Below the pieces are notes generated by a model. It was not told the origin of the DNA. It did not search any database and saw only the letters and a list, made by a program, of their open reading frames with translations. The translations under genes and the position numbers were made by a program. A stretch of 64,000 nucleotides of DNA from Leucoraja ocellata (lineage: Eukaryota): the NCBI GenBank assembly GCA_036785375.1, contig JAWMAR010000612.1, positions 1 to 64,000 of the forward strand, given 5' to 3'. How positions within the stretch are numbered: the first letter of the stretch is position 1; the number at the start of each line of letters is the position of its first letter. Positions 50,491-62,972 of the stretch are shown here, one piece after another.

Positions 50491-51984
50491 AGAGGGAATT
50501 AGATAAATAGTTGAAAAACAGAGCCTGGGTGAAATAGAACTGAATAGCAATATCCACAATATAATTCAACATGGGCTTGATGGGCCAGTTGATTTCCTTC
50601 CTCGCTACAATGGATCTAAAATACTGTAAGAATATGAGAGAAATATAAATGTAGAAATACTTTGAGATTAAATAGGTGGAAGGGGAGGGGATCTGTGTGA
50701 ATGCCAGTACTGATTAGTTGGGCTGAATTATCTGTTTCTGTGGGGTAACGTTTAGTGTAGTTTCGTATGTAATTTAAAATGGCTTGAGGAGGAATCTTTC
50801 CACAGTCCATAAGCTAATGTGTTATTTTCAAATGACACATATTTTCTGTTTGTATTTCCAATTTCAACAATAGGTTGCTTTTTTTTGTAATCTCAAGAAG
50901 TCACAATGACTTCATAGTCGACTTGAATAAAACAATATAGAAGTTGCCACGACAAGGAACTAAGAAATTAATCACAAAGCAGGAGTTTTGCTTTTGGCAC
51001 AAGCTTGGACCAAAATTCAAATAGCAAACATCTCCTTTTATGAGGTCCTCTTTCAAAAACAAAATCTAATTGACAAACTATTTTGCAGGGGATAGGATGC
51101 ACCATTTCCCACACAGTCCCAGTGTTGGGATGTCTTGCCAGAAAAATTCACATAGAATTTTATCAAAATACTGTAGTGCAAAGTATAATGGGAATGTTAG
51201 CTGACCATAAGGTATGGGCTGATCAATGAATAACATCAATCTATGGCAACTTTGAGATACAGCACGTATTATAATATAAAATTACTAAAGAGGTTCAGAG
51301 GAGCTGAATCAAACAAAATTTGGATCTAAGCCAAATAAGGAAAGCTGACTAAAACCAAGATGAAATAATTTGATTTTGAAAACCATTTGGAAGAAGCAGA
51401 ATGAGGTGGAGAGACACAAAGATTTTAAGAGGAATTTCCAGAGTTTGGGTCCCTGGTAGCCAAAGGGGTCATTACCAGTGTTGTACTGATAGAAATTGTA
51501 AAAAAGGTTGATCCCAGGAATGGAGGAGTTCAGACATCTCAGAGGGAATTATTACAATGATAGGGGTGAGACCAGAGAGATATTTGAAAACTCACAGAAC
51601 CATAGTAAAATATTACACTGCCGGATGTCATTTAGGTCATTGTACTTTATGCTAGTGTTGTTTGGGAGAACTATCCAATACGGATAAGAATGTTTAACTG
51701 TAACAGAACAGCAATCAAATAATAGGTCCCTTGCAGTACCTCAATATACTCACCATTGCTAAACATTAGACTTTTAATTGCATTTTATTTGAATTGACTC
51801 ATGAAAGCTTCGTGCTATTTAAAGTGCACTGTAGCCTGTTAATCTGGGCTGTGTGGTGCAAATGTTCATTTTATATGTTACATTATTCCCATTAATGAAA
51901 TTTCTTCTCCCTGGTCTAACTCACCCTATTTTTCTCAATATTAAGCGTTTGTATGAAGCACATGTCTGTGGTGAGCTCTAGCCT

Positions 51985-52420
51985 GTGATAGAACACTCCT
52001 ACCCCTGAGTTAGATAGCTGTGGGTTCAAGTCCCACATTGGTGACTTGAGTGTGGAAATTTAGGCTGTGAGGATTGCATACTGTCATTGTTGACACAAGA
52101 GACTGCAGATGCTGCAACCTGGAGCAAAAAAAAAACTGCTGGAGGAACTCAGCATGTTGAGCAAACTCTGTGGAGGCAAAGAGATAGTCAACATGTTGGG
52201 TCAAGACCCTGCTTCAGGAATAAGAGTGGTGCTGCTTTTAGAGTGACATGTTAAAATTTTGTCCCAGGCTGCTCTTACAAAGATCCCATTGCTTTGATGG
52301 AGAGGAATTATTCACTTGCCATTATTTAATCATATCACAAAAAAAAGCTGATAGCCTGGATGTATTACCAACATTACTGCTCTGAGAGTAATGAGCATAA
52401 TTTTTCTGCTTAAGCTTTGG
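51985..52420 (+). mobile_element. SacSINE1/Deu SINE with a nested Penelope piece (52095-52218)
   Basis: B box gggttcaagtccc, gacttgagtg, aaagatcccat. Confidence 0.65.
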
Positions 52421-52608
52421 AATGGAACCAGAACATTCTGATATAGGGGGTGTGGTAAACAATGAGGCACGGCTAGGACAAGAGATGGAGCACGTAAACA
52501 TTTGTGATGATAAATGCACAGTCACGTCTTTCAATATAGTATATGCTAAAGGTGATTGAGGGTGAATGCAGGACTTATTTGCACAAGTTAATAAGGATGA
52601 TATACTTA

Positions 52609-53023
52609 AGGGCCTGTCCCACTTTCACAACTTAATTCAAAACCTCTGCCGAGTTTAAAGGACCTAAAAAAAATCAAGATCGTGGTAATCTACGAACTCC
52701 TACGACCTTGTTCACAAACTCCTACAAACTCCTACGAGTATGTATACGAATTCCCACGACTATTTCGATGCCCTCCTTACGAGTAAAAAGTTGCAATTTC
52801 TTTCATCCCGACCATTTCTTTACTCGTGGACATTTTTTATCGGGCTGGAAAAAACGTCCCGACTTACCTGATGCCACGAGTACCTATGGCTAGCATAACG
52901 AACCGATATATCTCCGAATTCCTGCGACCTCCTACGGACTCGTTACGAACATTCTGCGAGTTTGAATCAAGGGGAAAACTCGGGAGAATTTGTGAATTAC
53001 CTCGTGAAAGTGGGACAGGCCCT
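52609..53023. mobile_element. PIF/Harbinger-type MITE, 415 bp
   Basis: Perfect 20-bp TIR agggcctgtcccactttcac; TTA TSD at 52606-52608 and 53024-53026. Confidence 0.9.
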
Positions 53024-53199
53024 TTACTCAATATGAGCTGTGCTGCTACACCTTCAACCTTAGCTGAGCCACCAGCTCAACATCACGGCATTGCCCGATT
53101 CATTTTTGCAGGATTCTACAAATGCACAACATGAAATTCATTTGTACTTAGTTAAGCTCTTTTGTGTCTCAGGATAAATTTATGAGTATTGGGAGAATT

Positions 53200-53765
53200 T
53201 AGAATCTTTTTACACAGAGCGTAGTGCATTCGTGGAATGCATTGCCTGGGATGGTGATGGAGGCAGATACGATCATGGTATTTAAAAGAGGCTTTTAATT
53301 AGGCACATGGATTTTCAGGGAATGCAGGGATATAGATCACTTGCAGGCTGAGGAGTTTAATTTAACGGTTACATTTTCAGCATGAAAAATGTGGCCCATA
53401 GGGCCTGTTCATGTGCTACACTGTTCTACAATCTGGAACTTCAGGTCACTGATTAGAAGTAAGGTGCCACCTATTAAAACGTTCTCAGGGGATTGAGAAC
53501 TTTTGGAATCTTTTTTTAGAGGGCACTGGAAGCAGAGTCTTTGAATAATTTTAAGGCCGAGCTAGATGGATTCTTGATAAGCAAGGGCGTGAAAGATTAC
53601 TGGAAATGGAGGAGAATGCAGAGTTGATCTTGTTAAATGGCAGAGAAGGCCTGAGGGGCTGAATGGTCGGCTGCTAATTTTATTGCTTATTTGAATTTGA
53701 ATTAAATGGTAGAGCAGGTCTGAGCAGAGATTTGGTCCACTCCAGCTCCTAGTTGTAATGTTCTT
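53200..53765 (+). mobile_element. Adjacent CR1 3' fragments
   Basis: FTQSVV..WNALP, gggcctgtt; FKAELD.FL. Confidence 0.65.
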
Positions 53766-54371
53766 GGGAAGAGCAAAGCAAACTCAGGAGTTTACAGAGC
53801 TGGGAAAGATAGAAACGTCTGAGCAACAATAAACATCAGAGCAGTACATAATAGAGAATAGAGACGGCACTGCCAAAACTGAATGTGAATACTTGGCTTT
53901 TATTGGGAGGGTGGGTGATGCTCAAGTTCTTGCATTCAATAATAAACATGCTCTGTGTTCAAGCATTTCAACTCAAATCTTGGACCATTACAAAAGCTCA
54001 ATAATTGCTTATATTAAGTATATATTTTTTGCAAGTGTTCCAGCATAATTGGAAACAGCCATGTCCCACAGCTTGGAGCAGAACACTTGGTCTGCTATGG
54101 AGTTCTGTGATACTTGCTGCTGAAAATTTAGAAGAGGATCAACCTTATTTATCACAGTTATCAGCCTACGTGTCATTTGCAATGGATTTAGGATTGACGA
54201 CTTGTTGCTCTTGGGGCCCTTGTTGAAAGGCTACCTGTACCTTAGACAAAATGGCCAGCAATGCCATGCTAATTTGAGGCAGTGAATGACATTGAGTATT
54301 GGACTATAGAGACATCACAATGGTGATCTTAACCTTCCTGACAATGAACGCATGTGGTTCTCAATCAGAAT

Positions 54372-54550
54372 TAAGAAAACTGGAGATGCTGGAAATCTAA
54401 AAATAACATTATGTCGAAAAAACACAGTGGCATCTGACAAAAGCGTAACAGTGGTCAAAAGCCCCTCAATTTCAACCTGAAACATTAACTGTGTTTCACT
54501 TTCTACAAATATTGCAAACTCTTGAGTGTTTCCAACATTTTCTGTTTTGC
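54372..54550. mobile_element. Degenerate Penelope hairpin element
   Basis: aactggagatgctggaaatc ... cctgaaacattaactgtgtttc..tgagtgtttcca. Confidence 0.55.
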
Positions 54551-56096
54551 TTCCCACGAAGAGATGGTCTAGGACCCTTTTCACCAAATAAATAATCAAT
54601 GGAACAACTTTGTAATTCGTCCTTTAATTTGTAGATGGTGAAGGACTCTGTGGGAAAACCTGGGAAACTAATTTTTAATGATGTTTTCTCAAACCAGTTG
54701 CATGCGATAGTCGGGAACAGAAGAGAAAAATCTGCATCAGTAGACGGCCCCTACATCTAATCTATAAAGAAAAGCTTGCAGGCACCAGGGAGCTCATCTC
54801 CACCATGACAAAGTCTAGTGCTGTTGAAAGGAAAAAAAGAAACTGTAAAGAAAAATCAGCAAATGACTTTAAACAGGAAAAGCATGGAGACAGGAGAGGC
54901 ATGAGATAACAGGCTGTGGTACAGAACACACACACAGACCAGCCGAGGCAGAAGCAATATCTTTCCCCGCTGCAGCCTCAGTGACGCTAGGTCTGTGTGA
55001 GGATGGCAGTTAAAAAGGAGCTATTCCAAAACAACATCATTTAAAGTTCACTGAACATTTCTCAGACTTTTAAAAGTCGTCTTTCAGAAAAGATAAGCAA
55101 GGCCCAGGAGATTTCCACCAGCCAGTGGCTAATGTACAGTCAATCACTTTTGCTGCTATTTCCTGAAATGCTGACTTTCTTAAGTGCTAATTAAACCTTA
55201 TTTGGTGCAGTCACCAGCCAGCCATCAGTTGTGAATGTTCAGACCCTGTCGTGTTAAAAACTCTCCGTAAACGAGACCCCTTCCCAAGCCTCATGCACAT
55301 TAAAGAGGCTGAGAATTTTTTGGCAACCTTGTCCAGTTTTGTTGTCCCACCTGCGCTACAATTGATGTCACTCGTGTGCATTTAGAACTGTACCTCACTG
55401 TCCCACAGCATCGCATTCTTTAGCAGGTGTTTCATTCTGTGGACCAGGATTGTCAATGTCCACAGATCAAATTTCTCAGCCCCTTTAATGTAAACCAACA
55501 CAAGGATTGGAAGGGCTCTCATTTACAGGGGATTTTTGACCCAGCAACGTCTAAACACTCATCACTTATGACTGGTTACTGCATCCATTAAGGTTATTAT
55601 TGAAGTAAAACAGAAGCTATAAATGCACCCAGATCCATTGACATCTGGCAGAGGGATTGGCAGGTTCATGTTCTGGTGAAAGCTCCTCACTTAAACTCTA
55701 GCACCTCTGACCATAACGCTATCTATTGATGTTTATGACCATCTATATTCTCATAATTGTATTTGTTTTAAGTATATTGTGAAATTTCTTATGCAATCTC
55801 TAGGTCATCTTTTAGGTTTGAGTTGTCTCTGTTAATATTCATGGAACATCTCTGATTGAGGACCATGTGATCTGAGCAAAACTCACTAGACTAATCTGAT
55901 GCTGAAATCTTGGCTAATTACTTTCTTGTTTAGGATATCTGTACACTCCTGACCCGCTCAACAGTTGCATTTGTAAAGTAACATTAAGTGGTAAAACCTC
56001 CCAAGTTGCTTTGCATGTTGACCTATCAGGCACGTTTTGCTAGAACTTCATATGGAGATATTAGGATTAGTGATCAAAAACTTGCTCAGAAGATTT

Positions 56097-56558
56097 AACA
56101 TGGAAAATAGGTGGAGGAGGAGGCCATTCGGCCCTTCGAGCCAGCGCCGCCATTCATTGTGATCATGGCTGATCATCCATAATCAGTAACCCGTGCCAGC
56201 CTTCTCCCCACACCCCTTGATTCCGCTAGCCCCAAGAACTCTATCCCATTCTCTTTTAAATTCATCTAGTGAATTGGCCCCCACTGCCTTCTGCGGCAGA
56301 GAATTCCACAAATTTACAACTCTCTGGGTGAAAAGGTTTTTTCTCATCTCAGTTTTAAATGGCCTCCCCTTTATTCTGAGACTGTGGCCCCCTAGTCTGG
56401 ACTCCCCCGACGTTGGGAACATTTTTCCAGCATCTAGTTTGTCCAGTCCTTTTATAATTTTATATGTTTCTATAAGATCCCGTCTCATCCTTCTAAATTC
56501 CAGTGACAACAAGCCCAGTCTTTACAATCTTTTCCTCATATGACAGTTCCGCCATCCC
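56097..56558 (-). mobile_element. Young HER1-type CR1 3' portion with a 5' foldback
   Basis: LEFRRMRRDLIETYKIIKGLD..FTQRVVNLWNSLPQ. Confidence 0.92.
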
Positions 56559-57224
56559 GGAACTGTCATATGAGGAAATGTTTACAGGGATATGGGCCGA
56601 ATGTGGGCAAGTGGGATTTGCGTACGTAGATGGGGCATATGGTCGACCTCAATAAAATGGGCCAAAGGGCTTGTTTCTGTGCTGAATGACTATGACAATC
56701 TTTTACCAATTATCTTAAATATATGGCCTATGATTATTAAACTAGTATAAAGGAAAATAGGACCTCATTTTCTACTCAAACCAACTCTTCAGTTAAATCT
56801 CCATTCAGCCAGCTCTACTCTAAGTCAGGCCAGCCATTTCTTGGTACTAAAGTTTTCCTCTTTCTTGTTCTTACTGGGCATGTCAGAGGTAAAGTCGCAG
56901 CAAAGCTTAGGGTGAGAATTCCAGATCTCAGACCACGTTCATCTGATGACATTTCTGCCAACAGTCGAGTAATGGAAGTGAGAAAGAAGTTAGTACAGTT
57001 CTACAAATGGAGGGTTGGAGGAGGTTGTGGATAGTAGGGAGAGAGACATTTGAAAATCAGGATGGGTATTACAAATAGAGGATGTATATATTTGACAAGT
57101 ACAGGTAATGGAGCGCAGATCTGAGTATAAGCCTGATTTCTTTTTAATATAGAACCACTTCACATTATAACGCATGCAGTCTGAGTTGTAAAGGAAAATC
57201 TCATCTACCCCTCAAAGAAATAAG

Positions 57225-57495
57225 CACTCGTATTTCCATAGTGTACTTCATGATTTTGGGACATCTACAACTATTACAACTTAATGAGTAGTTTTGAAGG
57301 ATAGTCATTGAAAACACTACAACCATTGTTTTCCAAGCAAGCGCCACACGGCAAATTTGTAGTAACTAAATAGTCTGTGTTGGTGCACAAGATTGATTAA
57401 AAGACTAATATTGGCCAAGACACAGGAGCTAATCCCCTGCTCTTCTTCAGCATATTCCTGTGGGGCCTTTAACATCCCTGACAGAGTAGGCTGAA
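57225..57495 (-). mobile_element. SacSINE1/Deu SINE remnant
   Basis: aatattggccaagacacagg..tcccctgctcttcttc is the antisense Deu domain. Confidence 0.7.
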
Positions 57496-57714
57496 GAAGC
57501 CAAAGAGCAACTATTCTATATTAAAGATATTCTTGGAAAGGGTGTGTTTGCTGAGCAATTGTTTCCAAGAACTAAAATGAGTCAGAGACTGCCCAATGAG
57601 ATTGGGATGTGTATTTATAATAATAATCGGCCTGTTCAGAAATATCTCGCTTTCAAGGACCAACTGTTAATCTTAACTTTGATTGACCAGAGCAAACTCT
57701 GGATAATGAAAGCT

Positions 57715-58510
57715 TTCAAAGGTATTTTATTGTCACGTTTACCAATTAAGGTACAGTGATAAGCGAATTACCATACAGCCATACGAAAAAAAAAGCAATA
57801 AGACACACAACTTAAAAACCACCACAGTGGATTCCCCACATTCCTCATGGAAGTCAAAATATACAGAATATATCAATATATCAACCAAGTTGTGAGATTC
57901 AAAAATCACAAATGCTCTTGAGACAAATTCAGACAAAGAAGTGTTTTTATTAATTTCATATTCTGCAGAATAGGTGCCTCTCCTCTGATGTCCCCTAGAG
58001 GCACAAAGAAAATGGAGATGCTTTCTATCTTTATACTTTTCTTCACTATGGTCACTACCTCATGTCTCCCCATTGAGTTTCGTCCAATCATAACATAAAG
58101 CCCACATTCCCACGAGAAAGTCCAGGAATGTCTCGGACCATCTCCTGACGTCAAAGACTCCCAAGGCCTTCTGCTGAAGTTTCTATCTGTTTGCTACTTT
58201 TTATCTAGAATTTCTCTCTGTTCTGTATATTGTTCTTCAATCTTCTTCCTCTATTCTCCCGCGGTCGGGGTAGTCAAACCATCCAGAATCAGGGCGATCG
58301 AAGCTCCCAAAGCCAGCGGTCGAAGCCCCCCGTCGGGGCAATCGAAGCTTCCTCGATCGGGGCGGTTGAAGCTCCTGCGGCTTGGAGTTCCCCGAAATCA
58401 GTCTCTAACCAGAGCTCCACGATGTTAAAGGCCGCAGGCACCCATGGTGGAGCTCCCGGTCGATCTCCAGCAAAGGCCGCCAACCCCTCGATGTTTGGCC
58501 GCAGTGCCAA
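57715..58510 (-). mobile_element. GC-rich non-autonomous retroposon with a Rex1-like tail, interrupted at ~57855-58225
   Basis: tttattgtcacg tail; repeated tcgaagc units; related to 11428-11850. Confidence 0.5.
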
Positions 58511-58719
58511 TAGTAATAGGTGGGGAAGTTCGCAATTAGGTTCATAATGCAAGACCATCGGCACCCAGCCCTGGATGTGCTCCTATTGCAAACACAAAGT
58601 CTAACCACTTGTCATTTGATCTGACTTGATGACTTGTAAGGGCCTGGTCATCAGGTGCAAAGTGCTCTTGGTGTTGCTGTACTTGGTGCAGGTGTGAAAC
58701 TTTCTATTTCATCTGTGAG

Positions 58720-59660
58720 TCCAAGACGGAAGAAATATGAAGGGTAACTGCTCTTCCCCAGACAGCAGGAAGAAAAGCGTGCCGGATGTTACCTTGTCTT
58801 GATAGCCCCCTTTGTGTGTGGTTGTTTCAAGTGACGTGGAGAACCAAAGTACACAAGCACCAAGTGTTATTATCTTTTGACATTTTACCTGTCCCCAGTG
58901 TGACAAAAGGGCTCCTATCTTTGTTTCCAAGCATTCCATTCCATTGGACATTGCCGCACTTCCAGTCCTTCATTGAAAAATTATTTCTAGAAGATCCTTT
59001 GACCACAAGTCCGCCAGGCAATGGTCAGCATGTAACCTTATAGGCCCTGCAGGAGCAGAAGGTAATGGATCCTGTGGGATGATTGTCTGAGCAGAATCCC
59101 TCATCACCAAAAATTACCAACAAGCACCAAAACCTTGCCTGGCTGGCAACTGGGAAATGTCCTTCCCTGTCAGATCCATCGTACATGGTGAGCATCTTAC
59201 TGCCAATGCCCGCTATCCTCAAGAAGTCTAATGCGTGACGGCCATCTACCTATTTGTGGACTACACTTGTAAAGAAGGCCTGCAAGAGGATGCAAGGTGC
59301 ATTGTCGAGATTCATCCCACCCCAATCAACTGCGTAAAACAGAGCAGGTTCTGATCCATGGACTGTTTTTGGGATGCATACCAATACATGAACTGCTGCT
59401 CAAAGATCATTCAACTTGGTAAAAAATGCACTTTGGTCTGCCTGAAAATGCACTTTTCAGTACAACGAGATGTTCGTGAGGGAAGGTTGCTGACTAATAC
59501 GTTCCAAGCTGCTGATGTCCTGAAGTTTGATGCAGCCAATACAAAAACGTTGTGGGGAAAGACTGCATTTTAAGGTTCTTCTGCCACAAGACATGGAGTG
59601 GCTGTCTTGTCTAATACTTTCTCAAATACTTGAGGTTTGTATTGTCCCAGGAAACCACTT
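58720..59660 (+). mobile_element. L1-Tx1 clade ORF2 C-terminal fragment
   Basis: FVCGC, TKCYY.L.FYLSP, FDHKS.RQWSA, TNKHQ.LAWL, LPVRS, WGKT. Confidence 0.75.
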
Positions 59661-60464
59661 TGTTGGCAATAGTGCTCTGTACATACACTGTGCTACAAAT
59701 GCATAGAACCAATAATGCTATGAATATATAGATGTAACAACACTAAGAATGTAAAGAAAACCAGTTACTGTATTATATTGGTATTTTCGAATGAATTTAA
59801 GAGGCAGAGAGCATTGTGTTCACAATATGATGTAGGATTGAAAAGCAAATTAAAAAAACTGCAGATAAACAAATGGTAGAGAAACTCAGCAGGCCAGGTA
59901 GCATCTGTGGATAAAAAAAACTGTCAATAAGCATTAAAACACTCTTTAAAAAGAAGACTGTTATTAGACTGAAATGCATATGTGGTGTCTTATTCTAACA
60001 TCTGCAGTAACTGGAATTTATTGAAACAATAAGAAATATGGGAGTTTGCTAAAAACATGTGTATCTTGTTTACTCCTCTGTCTCTAACTATTCTCTTCCT
60101 GTGAGAAAACAATATCCATATGTCACACATTCATGTGCACCACAAAGCTTTCTCTTATTTGAAAAGACGTATTCACATATTCATGCCATTTATAAATGTA
60201 ATCTGAAATGTTAACAATGTTTTTTCTCAACGAATGCTGCCTACCCTGCTGAGTATATCCAGCATTTTCTACTTCTGCAATATTTAACATGTTTCGCTTG
60301 AATTTTGAGGCAAGTGTATTTACATTAAGCACTGAAAGATTATCTTGTTCCCAAACTCATGGCTTTGTGACATTGGCCGGTGGAGCTGTGAATCATTCTT
60401 GTGGATGGCACTTATAACGGTACAATACTGTACCAGAGCCATTCTGCTTTCTCTGATTCAAAGG

Positions 60465-60965
60465 GAAGCTAGCAGGTCAGGCAGCATCTGTGGGGACATG
60501 GGAGTAGTTGACATTCTGAGTCAAAACTCTGCATCAGGACTGCGAGTATAGAGTGGAGAGGCCAATATGAAAAGGTGAGAGTGAGGGTTGAGGCAGGAGC
60601 TGCAGGCGCTTGGTTGAACCAAGTGAGGAGAGACATAATGGGCAGATGGAACCAGATAGGACAGGAGATGGTGTAGGTAGTGTTGCACCCCTATGGATGT
60701 AGTCAGTGGCAGACTGGCCAGGGTGTCAGCTTGCCCAATGGCAAGTGGGCCCATGATGAAGTGGGCCCCCTATATCAAGGGGGCCCCTGATGAAGTGGGC
60801 CCCCTTTGTCTCCTGGCAACCAATATTTTTAGACCCAGCCCACCACTGGATGTAGTGTCTGGGATGGGGGGTGGTGGGCGGTGAAGGATGAGTAATCCAA
60901 GGTGTCAGAGAGAGAGAGAGTGGCCCCTGCAAAAAACCAGAACAGGATGGGAGGGGAAAATGTGA
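60465..60965 (-). mobile_element. Penelope remnant hosting a hAT MITE
   Basis: gcaggtcaggcagcatctgtgg followed by a purine-rich spacer. Confidence 0.55.
60704..60848. mobile_element. hAT-type MITE, 145 bp
   Basis: 8-bp TSD gatgtagt at 60696-60703 and 60849-60856; TIRs cagtggcagactgg / ccagcccaccactg (11 of 14 match). Confidence 0.8.
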
Positions 60966-61412
60966 CAAGTGGTGGGACCCAGAGCTTTCTCTGCTTTCAA
61001 TGTTGTTTCACAGCAGGCCTAATAACATAGGATTTTATAGGATGGGTGTTGCAAAAAAATGATCTTTGGTGCCCCATAAATATGAGGAACTATGTATTTA
61101 AACAAGGAAGACATCATTATTCAAATGCTTAGTCCCATTTACTATAATCGGAAGCATACACTGCTTTTCTTTCACTATGTTCTTGCGGAACAAATAAATT
61201 GCATCAGATCATTAAATGCAGGCGCAAATAACCCACCATATGTACAATTTACATTGAATCCAGAAAAATCCGTCTGAGGATTCAAGGCCTCATCAGCCCA
61301 CTCAGCTGGATGTTAGATGGTCAGGAGGTGTGAGGGAAGATGACAAATGTTTGAAGATTTTCCACTTTAATAACAGTGAGGATAATCTGGAGCAAAGGAA
61401 CTTGCAATCGTT

Positions 61413-61752
61413 GTTCTTGGTTCTTGGTTCTTGGTTACTTGGTCCTCCAAAATATTCCAACTGGAATTTAAACTGGAGGTGGTGAAGGGAGGGATTAAAC
61501 CAGAATTGGGTTATTCGGAAGAAAGTGCTACTTTAAATTTAGTTGCATCTGGTTGGGTAACTATAGTTTGGTGGAGATTATTCCATGCTTTAATTGTGCG
61601 GGGGAAGAACGAATTGCTGTACACATCTGTCTTTGTAGCTGGGATCACAAATTGGATTGAATGCCCTCGTCTGCTCCTAATTGGTTTGGGTTTGGTGTAG
61701 GTCTTGTAATCTATGTCTAGTTGACCATTTAACATTTTGTAAAAACAGGTAA
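61413..61752 (-). mobile_element. CR1-group LINE 3' end unlike HER1, with an (AACCAAG)n tail
   Basis: Open frame CFYKMLNG..RSRRGH...TDVYSNSFFPRTIKAWNNL...FK. Confidence 0.8.
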
Positions 61753-61756
61753 AACG

Positions 61757-61945
61757 ATAGAAACATAGAAAATAGGTGCAGGAGTAGGCCATTCGGCCCT
61801 TCGAGCCTGCACTGCCATTCAATATGATCATGGCTGATCATCCAAATCAATATCCCATACCTGCCTTCTCTCCATACCCCCTGATCCCTTTAGCCACAAG
61901 GGCCACATCTAACTCCCTCTTAAATATAGCCAATGAACTGGCCTC
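61757..61945 (-). mobile_element. HER1-type CR1 3' end
   Basis: Canonical 3' end with (tttctatg) tail. Confidence 0.9.
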
Positions 61946-61951
61946 ACAAAG

Positions 61952-62122
61952 GGAAATGCTGAAATACTGGTGATGCTCGGCAGGTCAGGCAGCAGCTGTG
62001 GAGAGAGGAACAGAATCAACATTGCTGGTTGATTAACTTTCTTCAGAACTGTTTCCCCTCCACAGATACAGTCTGACCTGCTGAGCATCTCCTGTTTTCG
62101 TTTTCAGCATTTAGCACCTGCT
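61952..62122. mobile_element. Penelope hairpin element
   Basis: ctcggcaggtcaggcagcagctgtggag / ctccacagat..ctgacctgctgag. Confidence 0.65.
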
Positions 62123-62972
62123 GGACCTTCAGGAGAGCAGGGAAGAAACTGAGCCGAGAATGTAAGCTGCGAAAGAACATGTGGGGGATGAAGCAATATC
62201 TCAGCAAAATGTGCTCCTTAAATGAACATTCTTATTAAGAGAGGCCCTGGTAATAAGTAGCTGGTGCGTACTGTAGGACTGAGTCCTCAAGGCCCCATAA
62301 AAGCTTAAAAATAGCTATCGACAAGGCTGTACAGACTTGAGAATCACAGAGGAGCCTGTACCATGTGTATAATCAGTCTCCTGGTTACAGGATTAGTGTA
62401 GAGTACTGTGGCAGTAACATGAGGGAGGCGTAATTATAGCTCATTCAATGAGAAGGCCCCATATTTTTTACTACTGTATAACTAAGGATTTACACGTTCC
62501 GGCAGAGGTCACAACTACTAATCTTTAGGTGTGTGTCAAAAGTAAATGGCTTATATTTTTGGCATATTTTGTTTTGCTGAACAAATATTCTTAATGGCTG
62601 AAAGAGACTGGAAAAAAAAATCTGGAAATGACTTGCCCTTCTGTTGTGATGTGAATGTTTAATCAATATTCCCAAGTCTGCTTTTTAATCACTCGTATTG
62701 ATCCCTTCAAAATAAAGTGGATGGTTTTAAATCTCAGATTTATTTTGTGCAGATTATTGAATTGTACATGAAAGAATGTATCGTGTTCTTATTTGTCAGG
62801 CTCTTTCCAATTCCTTTGTTTCTTTTTTAGTATCTTCTGCCATGTTCTCACCTGCTCACCCGGCTGTTTATATCCCCTTGATGCTTCTTTACATCCCCCT
62901 TCCTCATCATAATCCCAACTACCTTTGTCTCGTTAGTTAACTAGCAAAAAAAAATATTTAGTACCCTCAGCT

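Noticed and set aside
60750-60805. CTGATGA motif in the hAT MITE
   Set aside because: No GAAA or helix III follows.
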